DNA of 61,669 nucleotides, counting the filler, from Stramenopiles sp. TOSAG23-6 (taxonomy: Eukaryota): the NCBI GenBank assembly GCA_900128565.1. It is 14 parts of 14 records of this genome, joined end to end, with 100 filler letters (N's around TTAATTAATTAA, not from the genome) between each part and the next. Parts side by side here need not be neighbours in the genome. Positions count along the whole stretch, not along the records: positions 35,378 to 39,683 come from LT637199.1; positions 39,784 to 44,088 come from LT637200.1; positions 44,189 to 48,492 come from LT637201.1; positions 48,593 to 52,890 come from LT637202.1; 10 more parts are not named here. One strand, 5' to 3'. Below, in pieces: positions 38,387 through 50,755 of the stretch (position 1 is the stretch's first letter; each line of letters begins with the position of its first letter). The translations under genes were made by a program, and so were the position numbers. The notes below the pieces were generated by a model. That model worked only from the letters and a program-made list of their open reading frames with translations, searched no databases and was not told the DNA's origin.

Positions 38387-38922
38387 TTTTCCACAATACA
38401 TGGAAGTTCTCTACAAACAAATCCAAGTGGTACAACAATTGAAATACATACAAACGGTACCAGAATACAAACAAATATAGATGGATCAAAAATTGCACAA
38501 ACTCCTGATGGGTCAACATTACAGATTAATACTAATGGTAATACAATTGAAACAAAACAAGATGGTACTCGAATACAAACAATGAAATCAGGAGTATGTT
38601 TTATTTTTTTTTTTACAAAAAAATCGAAATAATTTTTAATTTTTTTTTTGGTAAAAAAATTTTGTACCTAACAAATTTGAGTTTTTTTTTTTTGAAATAT
38701 TTTTCCAAAATAAAGGTACGCATTGAAGTTCGTCCTGATGGTAGTGAATTACAAACAAATTTGGATGGAACAAAGATCATTAGTGATACATCAGGTGATA
38801 GACAGACAGTCCTGCCCTGTGGGTGTACTCATATTTTGTTCTCTACAGGAAAGGAAAGACAAAATTTATGCCAAGAACATCTGAGAAGTGCAAACACTGC
38901 TGCAGAGTTACATCAATTATAA
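35856..38922 (+). CDS. Low-complexity protein with N-terminal PGPGxY (STPG/SHIPPO-like) motifs and C-terminal xDGTxI beta repeats (Tcp10/CENPJ-like)
   Basis: GPGAY, GPGSY; repeated PDGT/QDGT units; introns at 38220-38401 and 38594-38715. Confidence 0.7.
38220..38401 (+). mobile_element. Repeat-family intron (core degenerated to homopolymers), GT-AT
   Basis: Restores EVRPD|GSSLQTNPSG, matching the internal repeat EVRPDGSELQTN. Confidence 0.85.
38594..38715 (+). mobile_element. Repeat-family intron, GT-AG
   Basis: KSG|VRIEVRPDG; the AG sits in the same aligned position as the AT of other members. Confidence 0.88.
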
Positions 38923-39052
38923 TATATCAATTGTAACTCTAGTACACTTTAATAAAATATTTAAAATTTAAAAAAAAAGTAGAAAACGTTATAAAATTCA
39001 ATTGTAACTTTAATAATAAAATATTTAATTTAAAAGAAAACGTTTCATTTAA

Positions 39053-39388
39053 TTATAAAAGTGCAGATTGTAAACAAAATCGTGGACCTTTCGAATCTCT
39101 CACTTGTCTTAAAGCAGCATGTATCTTTACAAAAAATGTCAAATTTGAAACTAGTCAAAACAAAATTTTTTTTTTGAAAATTCTGAACATTTCAATAATA
39201 AAAATGTACATGAGTTACTGATAAATGCTGAAGGAGTCTTTCTATTGGACTAATAAGCTCTACACGTGATAGAAAAGATAATTCATCATTATAATATAAA
39301 TGTTCTAAAATAGACATATTCACGAAATCAGCTGTTTTACATATATTGTGAAAAAATATATATTTCTTTTATAAAGATTGAGAATGTA

Positions 39389-39432
<44 letters not shown>

Positions 39433-39592
39433 AAAAAAAAAAAATAAAAAAAAAAATGTAGTAAAAAAATGTAGTAAAAAAAATGTACATTTCGTGTCTA
39501 TAGAAAAATATTCTCGTAATGGTGACGTCATAGGATCAGGATATGTTATAAGAACAGTCATATCAACTAATTTTAGTTTTTGACCGTCTGTC
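39053..39592 (-). CDS. CTLH/CRA-domain protein (RanBPM/GID-complex-like), 3' part
   Basis: LITYPDPMTSPL..ADFVNMSIL..SPIERLLQHL; GT-AT introns at 39341-39488 and 39119-39209. Confidence 0.75.
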
Positions 39593-39783
39593 ATTTATTT
39601 TGGAAAAATATTTCAAAAAACCCCCTCAAAATTTGTTAGGTACAAAATTTCGTACGAAAAAAAAATCGAATTTGAAAAAAAATNNNNNNNNNNNNNNNNN
39701 NNNNNNNNNNNNNNNNNNNNNNNNNNNTTAATTAATTAANNNNNNNNNNNNNNNNNNNNNNNNNNNNNNNNNNNNNNNNNNNN

Positions 39784-42700
39784 CAAAATACTTTGTGCTG
39801 ATATTGTGTAATGATAATCACCTATGAAGCCATATGCACCTACATTTGAATAATTAATTACGATACGTATTGTTAATCCAACTTCTCTATATGTTTTCCC
39901 TTCGTGTACCTCTGACTCATCATCAAGATTAATTCCAATCTCGTCAAGTAAAAATCCAATAGGATAAATATCATCCATCATCTCGAGCTTTTTATAAGGA
40001 TCATAATTTTTTAAACAACATGAATTATCTAAGCCTTTTTCAAGTTCTTCACACTTTGGAGGCTCAGTTGATGTTTTGCAATCAGGATTGACATACGAAG
40101 GACACGGGTAACCTTTCTTTTTGTAATAATTACATGGATTTCTAATATCTCCTTGGCTATTTACGAAAAAGCCCTTCATTTTCCTATTAGATTTGGTTAC
40201 AAAAATTTCATTACCAGTAAAAAATGGGGTTTGTTTTGAGATTATATCATGAAAAATGCGTATAGTTGCCATTTCTATTCCTGCGATATATTTTGATTCG
40301 TTTCTTTTATCATCTTCCTTTAAAAAATTATTTTTTTGTGTAGGTAATACTCTGAAAAGATTTTTACTCAGATGAGTTGAAATAAAAGTTCCCTCTGCAC
40401 CCTCAATTGAAAAAATTACTTCATCGCTCATTCCATACGTACATAGTTTAGCGCTATTATTTATAGTTGAAAGATCTCGAGGTATCCATTTGCCTGAATT
40501 ACAATCGTCTTTTATAATTCTTCGCACCCACTGTTGTGTTGTATTAGAATATTTAATAGGTGAATAGAATGAACCATTCAATAGAGTCGTTGACGCTGGT
40601 GTGACAACAGTTCCATCTGGGATTCTAATACAATTGTCAAACAGTGGATCTAAATCAGGTCTATCATATATTTCGTTCAATGTAACAGGTGTATCCCAAT
40701 CTTTCATGTTTTTCCAGTATTTGACACCATGTATATAAAATTCTTCCTTAAATTCTTCTTTTTTTTTAAATTCACCATCTGTAGGGGTAGGACGTGTTTC
40801 AGTGTGTGCATCATGCCAAATTTGATCTAAATTTTTTTGAATGACATTGTTTTGCGCAGTCTTACTTAACTTAAGTAGGTATGCTAGATTTTGTTCGGCC
40901 AGAATGTCATCTATAAGTTCGGAATCGGAAAAATCATGATAATGGGCAAAACTCAGATAAATTTCAACAAGTTGCCAAAAAGCTGCTATGTTTTCTGCAA
41001 AAAGAAGTTTTACAAGCCCATCTAGTAAAGATTTAAAAAAGGAGCAGTAATTGACTTTCTCGTTAAGAAAAAAACTAAAGAGGTCCCTAGATTGTATTAA
41101 TTTTTTATCATCGTTGTACCATTCTTTCTCTAACCATTCAACGTTTTGTCCAAAGTCACGACATTCCTTTGAAGACTTCATTTTCAGATCAAAAGCAGCA
41201 GGAAATTTCTTTAGTTTGGGCAATAGTAGTCCCCTAAAAAAATTCACAGAGACTTTGTTGTTGTTGTTGTTGTTGGTGGTGGTGGTGTCAAGGTTGCTGT
41301 TGGTGGTGGTGTCAAGGTTGCTGTTGTCAGGGCGGATCGTGTTGAATTCTTCCTTCATACACTTTTTCACCTCGTTTTCTTGGTGTTCCAATGTGTTGCA
41401 ACACGTGTCGGTATCCACTACGGCGCAAGGGTTGCCGGCACAATAAGTGGTCTCTGCTGCATCGATGAGAGGGTTGTTGACCCCACAGATTTTCATTAAA
41501 TCATTATCACTCGATATGCTGCTGCACTTGGCTTTGCAACACTTTTCGGCATCATTTTTGTCGCATGCGTTGCTGGTACAATAAGTTTTCGATGCTGCGT
41601 CGATGAGGAAGCCGTTTTCCCCACAGATGTTAATTAAATCATTATCACTCAATATGCTGCTGCACTTGGCATTGCAACACGTGTCGGTATCCACTGTGTC
41701 GCATAGGTTGCCGGCACAATAAGTGGTCTCTGCTGCATCGATGAGACGGTTGTTGACCCCACAGATGTTATCATCACTCAATATGATGATGCTGCTGCAC
41801 TTGGCTTTGCAACACGTTTTGGCATCATTTTTGTCGCATGTGTTGCCGGCACAATAAGTTTTCGATGCTGCGTCGATGAGGAAGCCGTTTTCCCCACAGA
41901 TTAAACTCTTGTTCATGCTGCTGCACTTGGCTGAGCAACAACTGGTGGCATTGGCGCTGTTGCATGGGTTGCCGTCACAATGAATGGTGTCTGCTGCTTT
42001 GATGATCTGGCCGTTTTCCCCACAGGTTTCGGCAATTAAAAAATTCGACATGGTGTTGCACAAGGCATTAGCCTCCAAACCGCGTCGTGTGCGGCGGGTC
42101 CTAATGTCATCAAGGTCTGGTGTTGGTGTTGGTGATGTTGTTGGTTCTGGTGTTGGTGTTGGTGATGTTGTTGGTTCTGGTGTTGGTGTTGGTGTTGGTG
42201 TTGGGTCTGGTGTTGGTGTTGGTGTTGGTGTTGGGTCTGGTTTTGGGTCGTTCAAGTTCTTTTTCACAAGGTCTCTCAACGTTTTCTGAAATTCTTTCTT
42301 ATCGGGTTTTAATTGACCAAACATTTGTTCTTTAAATTGATAAAACACCTCATCGTTTGCGTCTATGTGCTTTCTATAAAACGATCTTATTAACAACTTA
42401 TTTAAATCGTCTTCTGTGACACAGCAGCCTTTGATCTGATCTTTGAGAGTCTCATCCGCGAATTCCGGCATTTTTACAACTCTTCGTAGTTTTTCACTTT
42501 CTTTACAAAATAAATGAGTCTCATCAGCTTTACACGTTGGGAATTGTTTTCCTAAGTGTAGCGATTTTTTGTTGCCCTTGTCATCCAGTATAGTGATGGA
42601 GCTCATGCCTTCATCTGGTTGAAAGTACGTCTTCCGTAAGTTTTGACAGAATCCATGATTATGACCTTTAGTAATCTCGTGTTTTTCCGTATCTTCACAT

Positions 42701-43062
42701 CTTATACACTTAGATTCCGGAAGAATACAAAAGCCTTTAGGGCAATTAGATGCATGAAAATCATTCTTTTCTATTTCGCGATCCATACATGCTTGACCAT
42801 TTGTATATATTCTATCAGAAGGTAAACAATAAGGATACAAATCTATCGGTAATAAATAGCGTTGTGTTGAAATGAAGGCTGCTGCATTGACCACTCCCTC
42901 TGGTTTAACAGCTTTTATTGAACCTTGACCAAAAGTAAACCTAAAAATTAAGTAAATAAAAATTAGAAGTTGAAAAAATCTATACATGTAACCAAGTGGC
43001 AAGTGAATGACATATAACTGCGGAAATGTATAATAGCGAAAGAATCTATTCCATAGAGTCAT
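39784..43062 (-). CDS. P2X-receptor-like channel with a very large ectodomain insertion, 3'-partial (TM2 missing)
   Basis: N-terminal YYTFPQLYVI..LGYMYRFFQLLIFIY (TM1); C-terminal YIAGIEMATIRIFH, DIYPIGFLLDEIGINLD and YREVGLTIRIVINYSN, as in algal/amoebal P2X. Confidence 0.72.
41400..42250 (-). repeat. Cys-rich ~40-aa repeats (x5) plus a Pro-Thr linker inside the P2X-like gene
   Basis: ICGENGFLIDAASKTYCAGNxCDxxDAxTCCKAKCSS units; (PT)n tract at 42117-42250; visibly higher GC than the flanks. Confidence 0.9.
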
Positions 43063-43391
43063 CTTTAAGACATATAAGGATACCTACCTCCTTGAAAACA
43101 ATATCATTTTGCTATATTTTTAACGGAAATAAATTTTAACGTTTCAGTTTACAAACCTGCTTCAAAAAATCCGATGTTTTTTTTTTCGTCCCGGATCTGC
43201 AGTGATATCGGAGGAAGCGCATGCTCTTTAAAATCTCTGCCGAAAAAGTAAGAAAAAAGAAAAATTAGCGATGCAAACTATCGAAGTATAATTGTAAAAA
43301 TACTTTGAATAATTGTATATACCTACATTGAGTCTTACGATTTTGATTCACGTGCTATAATTCCTCGGAGGTGTGGTGACACGACACAGTC

Positions 43392-43820
43392 ATGGATCTC
43401 TCCTCGTCTTCCTCGTCGTCATCCTATGAGCCTCGGTCCTGGATTTCTTGGTTTACTGAACAGCAAAAGAATCAATTCTTTTGTATGGTAGATTACGAAT
43501 TCATTGAAAGTACATTCAATTTATATGGGCTTCGAAGTGATGTGTCGAGGTTTAGCTACTGTCGAAATATATTAACAGAAGAAATTGATAGTTCTTCTGA
43601 TGGTAGTACAGTACCAAGTGAATGGGAAAGTCCCCTTTGTGCTGATCTATATGGTCGAATACATGCTCGATTTATCAATACTGATGCCGGCCAAGCAACA
43701 ATGGAAGCCAAATATCTTAATGGTGATTTTGGTCAATGCCCTCGATTTGCTTGCAATGGCCAGAATGTTTTACCTGTCGGACTCTCTGACATTCCTAATC
43801 AGTCCACTGTGAAGGTCTAT
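43392..43820 (+). CDS. CSNK2B: Casein kinase II beta subunit, first exon
   Basis: SWISWF..NQFFCMVDYEFI..FNLYGL, LYGRIHARFI, DFGQCPR, LPVGLSDIP..TVKVY. Confidence 0.93.
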
Positions 43821-43909
43821 GTATGTTTTATTTATTTTTTTTTCGTACGAAATTTTGTACCTAACAAAATTTTTTAGATTTTTTTTCAAAATATTTTTCC
43901 AAAATACAT
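43821..43909 (+). mobile_element. Repeat-family intron, GT-AT (possibly chimeric)
   Basis: Near-consensus sequence; the downstream exon 43910-44031 is open but is not CK2-beta. Confidence 0.75.
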
Positions 43910-44029
43910 GTATTTGAGCAAAATAAGCAGTTCCCAGTGTCTCAACTAAAAGGTTACAAACGTGTGGAACAAAAGGGCCAATTACTATCTCTAATTCGTT
44001 TTGCTGACGACTTAGGGGTTTATCGTCTA

Positions 44030-44081
<52 letters not shown>

Positions 44082-44188
44082 TTTTTTTNNNNNNNNNNNN
44101 NNNNNNNNNNNNNNNNNNNNNNNNNNNNNNNNTTAATTAATTAANNNNNNNNNNNNNNNNNNNNNNNNNNNNNNNNNNNNNNNNNNNN

Positions 44189-45612
44189 AAATATTACATT
44201 TATTTTAGAAAAATATTAAAAAAAAAAAAAAACTAAAATTTGTTAGGTACAAAATTTCGTACGAAAAAATAAATTCGATTTTTCTGTAAAAAAAAATGTT
44301 AGGTACAAAATTTCGTACGAAAAATAAATTCGAAATCGAAAAAAATCGTTAGGTACAAAATTTCGTACGAAAAAAAAAATCGTTTTTTTCTGTAAAAAAA
44401 ATATAAAACATACACTATTATTTGTATTTGAAACTGTACCAAATTCAGTTTGTGTAGCTCCTGGTACGACATTTGTTAGTAAAATACCTTTGAGAGCATA
44501 TTGTATACAAAAATATTTCAAAAATGATTTTTTTTTGTTAGGTACGAAATTTGGTATGAAAAAAAAAATCAATTCTTTTTTTGTGTTTTTGTTTTTTTTT
44601 GTTTGGTATGAAATTTTGTATGAAATGTTTAATGTAGAATTAAACTATTAAGTAATGAAAAACGTACTAATTCATAATGTAATGATTGACAAATAGAAGT
44701 TGTAAATGCTTTTGTAGCTGCATATAGAGCATTTGTAGGTTGTGGACTAATTCCAACAATTGAACTAATAACAATAATTCGACCATTAGGGTTAGGGTTA
44801 TTTGTACAAAAAAAGTTTTGTACAGTTTTTGTTTTTGTTTTTGTTTTTGTTTTACTATCATTATTATTATTATTAGTAGTAGTAGTAGTACTACTACTAC
44901 TACTACTACTACCATTATCACTACAATCATCATTATTATCATTATTATTATTACTCCTTATCATATGATTTGCAATAGAATATAATAAATTCGTTAATGA
45001 AAAAACATTTAACGATAAAATTTTGTCGATTTCTTTCTTGTCTAAATCTAAAAATAATTTTCTTTTTGCAACTCCTGCAGCACAGACTAAAAGTACAATA
45101 TGACCTGTATTATTTGTTATTTTTTGTATATGGTTTTGTATATAAGAGCCAACATCAAAATCGGAGGTTAAATCAAGAGATAAATATGCTATATTTTGTG
45201 TTTTTTTTTGTGTTGTTCTTGAATTAGCAACGCATTTTGTATCTAATGAGTTTCCAACTTTTTGCTTATTTTTACACGTAAAAGTCAACTTGGATGATAA
45301 TAATTCGCTTTGAAGTTGTTTTAACTTTTCTGTACGTCTTGCAACCAACAGGATATTGAAACCTCTTTGTGACAAATCTCGAGCACATTCTAAACCTATA
45401 CCTGAACTCGCGCCTGTTACTACAGCCCATCCATTCATTGATGGTTCTAGTTTTTTAATTTTACGTAGATTGAATGAGTGTAAAGCATATGATACGACTT
45501 GAAGTATTGTAATGAACACAAGCATTCGTTTAATAAACACTGTAAACACAAGAGTATGATATATAGATGAATCAAACATGATTGCTATAATAGTACACGC
45601 CATGGCTAACAA
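44189..45612 (-). CDS. Short-chain dehydrogenase/reductase (KCR/17beta-HSD-like), partial
   Basis: [46 protein letters not shown] introns at 44498-44667 and 44198-44413. Confidence 0.92.
44198..44413 (-). mobile_element. Repeat-family intron with three tandem cores, GT-AT
   Basis: TTCGTACGAAATTTTGTACCTAAC x3 at ~50-55-nt spacing. Confidence 0.82.
44498..44667 (-). mobile_element. Repeat-family intron, GT-AT
   Basis: Restores LHYEL|ALKGI; the next AG is out of frame. Confidence 0.85.
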
Positions 45613-46186
45613 CGTTGCAATGACAGGTTTATCCGGATAAAGAAAAAANATTTTTTTTTNCTATATATTAATATGATCAAAAAGTACAGGCGGGTATAAA
45701 TACACAAGTAAACTGTTTATAGAATACTTATTGTATATTCAAAGTAAACGTATAAAGTAAAGAACTGAAAATAATTGTAATCTAAATAATAATCTTTAAA
45801 GGCAGAAGAATTGATTATCAATCGTAAACTAGTAAACAACAACAATCAAAAAAATCATAAAGTCAAAAAAAAAAAAATGAAAAAAAATGAACGACACGAA
45901 ATCGAAATGTGACAAAATCGCGATAGATTGCACGAAATCTTTCATTACCGTTATATATAATGAGTAACTGTTTTTTTGAAAAAAACCTCCACTTCAAATT
46001 CATCATTTATTTCTTCGCAAGTCTTCTATCATGTCACTTTTTATATTGTAGATTAAATACAATTTATCATACGATATACAAAAACATATGAATATAATTG
46101 TTGCTATGACGTCATATAGACAATAATTGCTATGAATGAATAAGCTTGTTTGAAAAGTAGTATAGATTAAAGAAAAAGAAGTCAAA

Positions 46187-46767
46187 ATGACCGACGACTC
46201 AGATCATCTATCTCAACAGATTCCATCAGCAGAAAGTAGTCATATCCTTCTGAATGAACAAGCATCTCATTCATTGGAGCAGACTATGAATATACAAAGT
46301 AATACAAATGATAGTTTACCAAATATACAAAATGTACAAAATATAGAAAGTAATATAAATGAGAATTCACAAACTATCAACAACAATATAGATTCTCAAA
46401 CAAATTCTTTGATTCAAAATAGTACATCTATTGAAAATCAACCTATATTAATAGAATCACAACCCATTGAAGTCGATCAAAGTATTGAAATAAACGAAAC
46501 TAAAACATCAATTTTGCATAATAAACAGAAAACCAACTTGGAAAACAACAAAGAAAAAATTGAAAACATTGAAAACACTGAAAAATGTGAAAACACTGAA
46601 AAATGTGAAAACACTGAAAAAGTTGAAAACACTGAAAAAGGTGAAAAAGTTGAAAAAAAGAAAATGCAAATGTGGTCTGGCGAATCAAATATTTTAGTTG
46701 CAGTTCGAGTAAGACCATTAAATAGACGTGAAAAACGATATAGTAGTAATGTACGTTTTTCATCATT

Positions 46768-46800
<33 letters not shown>

Positions 46801-47033
46801 NNNNNNNNNNNNNNNNNNNNNNNNNNNNNNNNNNNNNNNNNNNNNNNNNNNNAAAAAAAAATATTTTTTTACAATATCGACACTTCGATCATTAGATGAA
46901 AAAGTAATTGTATGTTTAGACCCAGGTATTAAATCTTCAGGTCCACTTCGTCAGAACAGAACCCGAGAAAAACGATATGCATTTGATCATGTATTTGACG
47001 CAAATGCAACGCAACGTCAAGTCTTTGAAAAAA
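46187..47033 (+). CDS. Kinesin-8 (KIF18/KIF19-like) motor, 5' part
   Basis: NILVAVRVRPL, LDP..LRQNRTREKRYAFDHVFD; family introns at 46751-~46879 and from 47034. Confidence 0.88.
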
Positions 47034-47382
47034 GTAAGTTTTTCATCATGAATTTAATTTTTTTTTTTTTTTTTTTTTTTCATAGTAAATTTTTTACCTA
47101 ACAAAAAAAAAAAAAAAAAAAAATTTTAAAATTTTTTTCAAAAAAANNNNNNNNNNNNNNNNNNNNNNNNNNNNNNNNNNNNNNNNNNNNNNNNNNNNNN
47201 NNNNNNNNNNNNNNNNNNNNNNNNNNNNNNNNNNNNNNNNNNNNNNNNNNNNNNNNNNNNNNNNNNNNNNNTTTACTATGAAAATTTCATACAAAAATGA
47301 AAAAAAAAATTCTTTTTTTTTTTCATTTTTTTTTTTTCCAAAAAAAAAAAAAAAAAAAAAAAAAATATTTTTCACAAAACAT

Positions 47383-48342
47383 AACAATTGAACTTGGTTT
47401 TGAATTACTGTTTCAATCAAAATGGAAAGAGGCACAAATGGTAATGACAAAATATATAACAGGGCCTTTTTTAAAAACAAATCCATTTGCACATTTTATA
47501 CTTGGAATTTCGTCTTTATATTTAAGTGATTGGACATCTCATCATAGCCCTAACCCTAGAGAAAAAAAATCAAAAAAATCAAAAAACTCAAAAAAATCAA
47601 AAAATAATATTAATAAAAAATCAAGTAAAAATAGTAGTCATGATAGCGATTCAACAACAGATAATAGTTTTACCAATAGTGTTGATAGTAGTAGTACGAA
47701 TAGTGATTCAGATTCAGATTCAGATGATCAAATCAAAAACTTAAATTTTCATACAAAAAAAAAATCACAAAAAAAATCATCCACATCAAACCCTAACCCT
47801 AACCCTAACCCTAGACGATTGAAACGTTCGAATAAAAGTGTTTATAAAAACAGACAAAGAGCTTTAGAACATTTTTGTATAGCATTTAGTATCGTTCCTG
47901 AGAGTGATTTGTTTTGTACATTTATTATTCAAACATTGTTGGATAGACAGGTATGTGTTTAGTATGAATTTTTTTTTTAGTATGAATTTTTTTCAAAAAT
48001 TTTTTTTAATTTTCAAATTTTTTTTTTTTTTTTTNCTATGAAAANTTTCATACCTAACAATTACATTTTTTTTTATAAATATATCTTTACAAATACATGC
48101 TTTGGTTGAATGTGAAACTATATCGAAAAACATCTCCACCCAAAGAACAAAGAAAAAAAAGAATGTCAAAACTACAACAACAAAAATAAAAAATATTTTT
48201 GATTCATCAAATATAGTAAGGCTAGGGTTAGGGAATCAAAAATTGCATAAAATGGCAACAGTGGAAAAAATTGTAGAAGTCTATAAAGTTGTACTTTCAT
48301 TGTGTTGTAATGCACCGACAAATCCTAATTCTTGGCAGTTGT
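47383..48342 (+). CDS. Uncharacterised helical/TPR-like protein fragment (not kinesin; joined across an N gap)
   Basis: Exons 47383-47950 and 48099-48342 join in frame across GT-AT intron 47951-48098. Confidence 0.6.
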
Positions 48343-48592
48343 GTACGTTTTTTCTTGTAAACAAATTGATAAATTGACAAATTGAAAAAAAAAAATAATG
48401 CATTGTAAATTTTGTACCTAACAATTTTTTTTTTTTTTTTTTTTTTAGGAAATTTTGTACCTAAAAAGTTTTTAAAAAAAAAAAAAAAAAAANNNNNNNN
48501 NNNNNNNNNNNNNNNNNNNNNNNNNNNNNNNNNNNNTTAATTAATTAANNNNNNNNNNNNNNNNNNNNNNNNNNNNNNNNNNNNNNNNNNNN

Positions 48593-50356
48593 GGATGATT
48601 TTTTATATGATTCATAACTACACAAAATTCTCCAAGCTCAATTTGTAACATGTGCATTGCATGTAATTTTAAATTTAGTTTTTTTTCTTTCTTTAAATAA
48701 ACTAGACCAGTAGTGTATCTTTTATCAAATAGTTCCGATATTTCTTTTTGGACATTCTCAATTTCAATTTCTAATGTATCAATTTTTTGTTTATCATTTT
48801 TGTGTTTTTGTTTCATTGTAATTTCTTCGAGTAGTTTTTCGTGTTTTACTTTGACATTTTCCAAATCAAATTTCACCTGTTTTATTTTTAATTTTTCTTT
48901 TTCGAATATTTTTTTTAGTTCATCTTCATTTTCTTGAAATTCTTCCCGCTGTTTTCTAACATCAACGATGCGTAATTGATATTCATTTTGTGTTTTTTTC
49001 GTTATTTTTGTCTTTTCAAACAACCAAGCTTCCAATGCTGATGTTTTCTCCTGTAAAAATTTGGATATATCTTGAGCAGAATTGAATAAATGTGAGGAAT
49101 ATTCAATTCCAGCTGAATCACCAATATGATATAATTTATTACTATCCGATGCGATCTGTTGTGCATTTTGCCATTGTTGACAATCTTTTTCTGTATTTTG
49201 TACACAAAATCTTGAAAATTCACTAATTTTTATTAAATTGCTTTTCATTTCAAAAACACGATTCATTATTTCATTGAAATTATCATTATATAAACTTTGC
49301 ATATTTAATAATCTTTGTTTTTCTTCATTGTGTAATGACTCTTGATATTTAATTTTATTCAAAATGTCTTTTTTTTTCTTGATTTTGGATATTGTTTAAA
49401 TCTTGAAGCCATCCTTGATGTTGATGTTCCATTTCATATTTTAATTCAATTAAATTTTTTTTTTCATGTTTTGCTCTTTCTAATTCTTCTTGTAATGCAG
49501 AGAATTGAGATAAATTATCCATTATTGAGATTTGTTGCTCGTAATTAATAAATTGAGATTTCAAATTTTGAATAAGTAAATGATTTCGTGTTACTTTCTT
49601 ACGTATAGTTTGTATGATGGCTCTTGTTTGATTAAATTCTGGATTTTTCGAAAACTTTTGATTTGGATTTTTCGAAAATTTTTGTGCTACTATAGAACCT
49701 CCTTTTTTTTTATACAAGACACGAAATATATATATAAATTCTTCAAAATTAATGTTTTGTGTATTTTGATCATGAATTTTAGTTTTTACAAGTAATTGAT
49801 TAATGTCGTGTGTTGTATATTCTATATCCATATGTTGAAATATAAGATATATTTCGTCAAGTGTGAGACATCCTTTTTTTTTTGTACCAAATTGTTGAAA
49901 AATATCCATTAATTCCTCTACTGTGATAATAAAACTCTTATTATTTTTTTTATAATTATTATTATTTGTATTATGCCTTTGATCTTTTGAATTCATAGTT
50001 GATCTCGTTAGAGACAAAGTGTCAAGCGGATCAAGCGGATAGTTGACATCTCGAGTTGTTGAAATAATGTGGAAATTTTCTTCATTTCCATTTTTTTTAA
50101 GTTTTAATAATATATACTTGTCTGGTACATATTCAACAATGACATTACAAGTTCTCTCCGTTACGAATTGAACACATTTTGGATTCCATATCGTTCTCTC
50201 AGGAGGGAGTAAACTCTTCAAGTTGAGACTTTGAGGTTGTTTTGATTGATCAGTTTTTCCTAATGAAACTACTATTGTATACATACTCATATTTGATTGG
50301 ATTGTTGTCCATGGTTTTATATTTTGTAGAGTATTATCTGTCATAGTATGATACAA
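48593..50356 (-). CDS. EF-hand/coiled-coil protein, 3'-partial, with an apparent frameshift near 49370
   Basis: ELMDIFQQF..GCLTLDEI and INFEEFI; the two ORFs join if one base is removed from the A9 run. Confidence 0.65.
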
Positions 50357-50755
50357 CTAGATAATGTTTATTGCATTTGTATGTCGAATATTAAACGAAA
50401 ATCGTTTCTTCAAAGATTTACGCTTCGAGATTATAAATTCTAATAAGCTAAAAGTTTAATTTCGTCGTTTGCAAATGGCCAAAGTTTGCAAGTTGTTGCA
50501 AAGCAGTTACATTTATTTGCGTTTGGTGGTACCCGGTAAAAAAAGTATTTTCATTAAAATTTTTTCGCAAAAAGTTCGAGTTCGAACAAACAACAATTTT
50601 GTAACATGTTCACATGAGTTTTTGACGAGCAGCTCTGCGAACAGACTCCTGAAAAAAAATTCTTTTTGATAAGATGTGTTACTCTGAGTTCTTCATTTAG
50701 TTAAGAGTTCATTACTTGGGTTATTTAGCGTTTTTCTGTGTAGTGAGCATATACG

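Noticed and set aside
44243-44372. Repeated palindromic core as a CRISPR array or bacterial REP/terminator
   Set aside because: The context is eukaryotic, the spacers are low-complexity, there are no cas genes, and the copies sit inside reading-frame interruptions
47789-47813. TTAGGG tracts as true chromosome ends
   Set aside because: They are only 2-4 units long and internal, with coding sequence continuing on both sides
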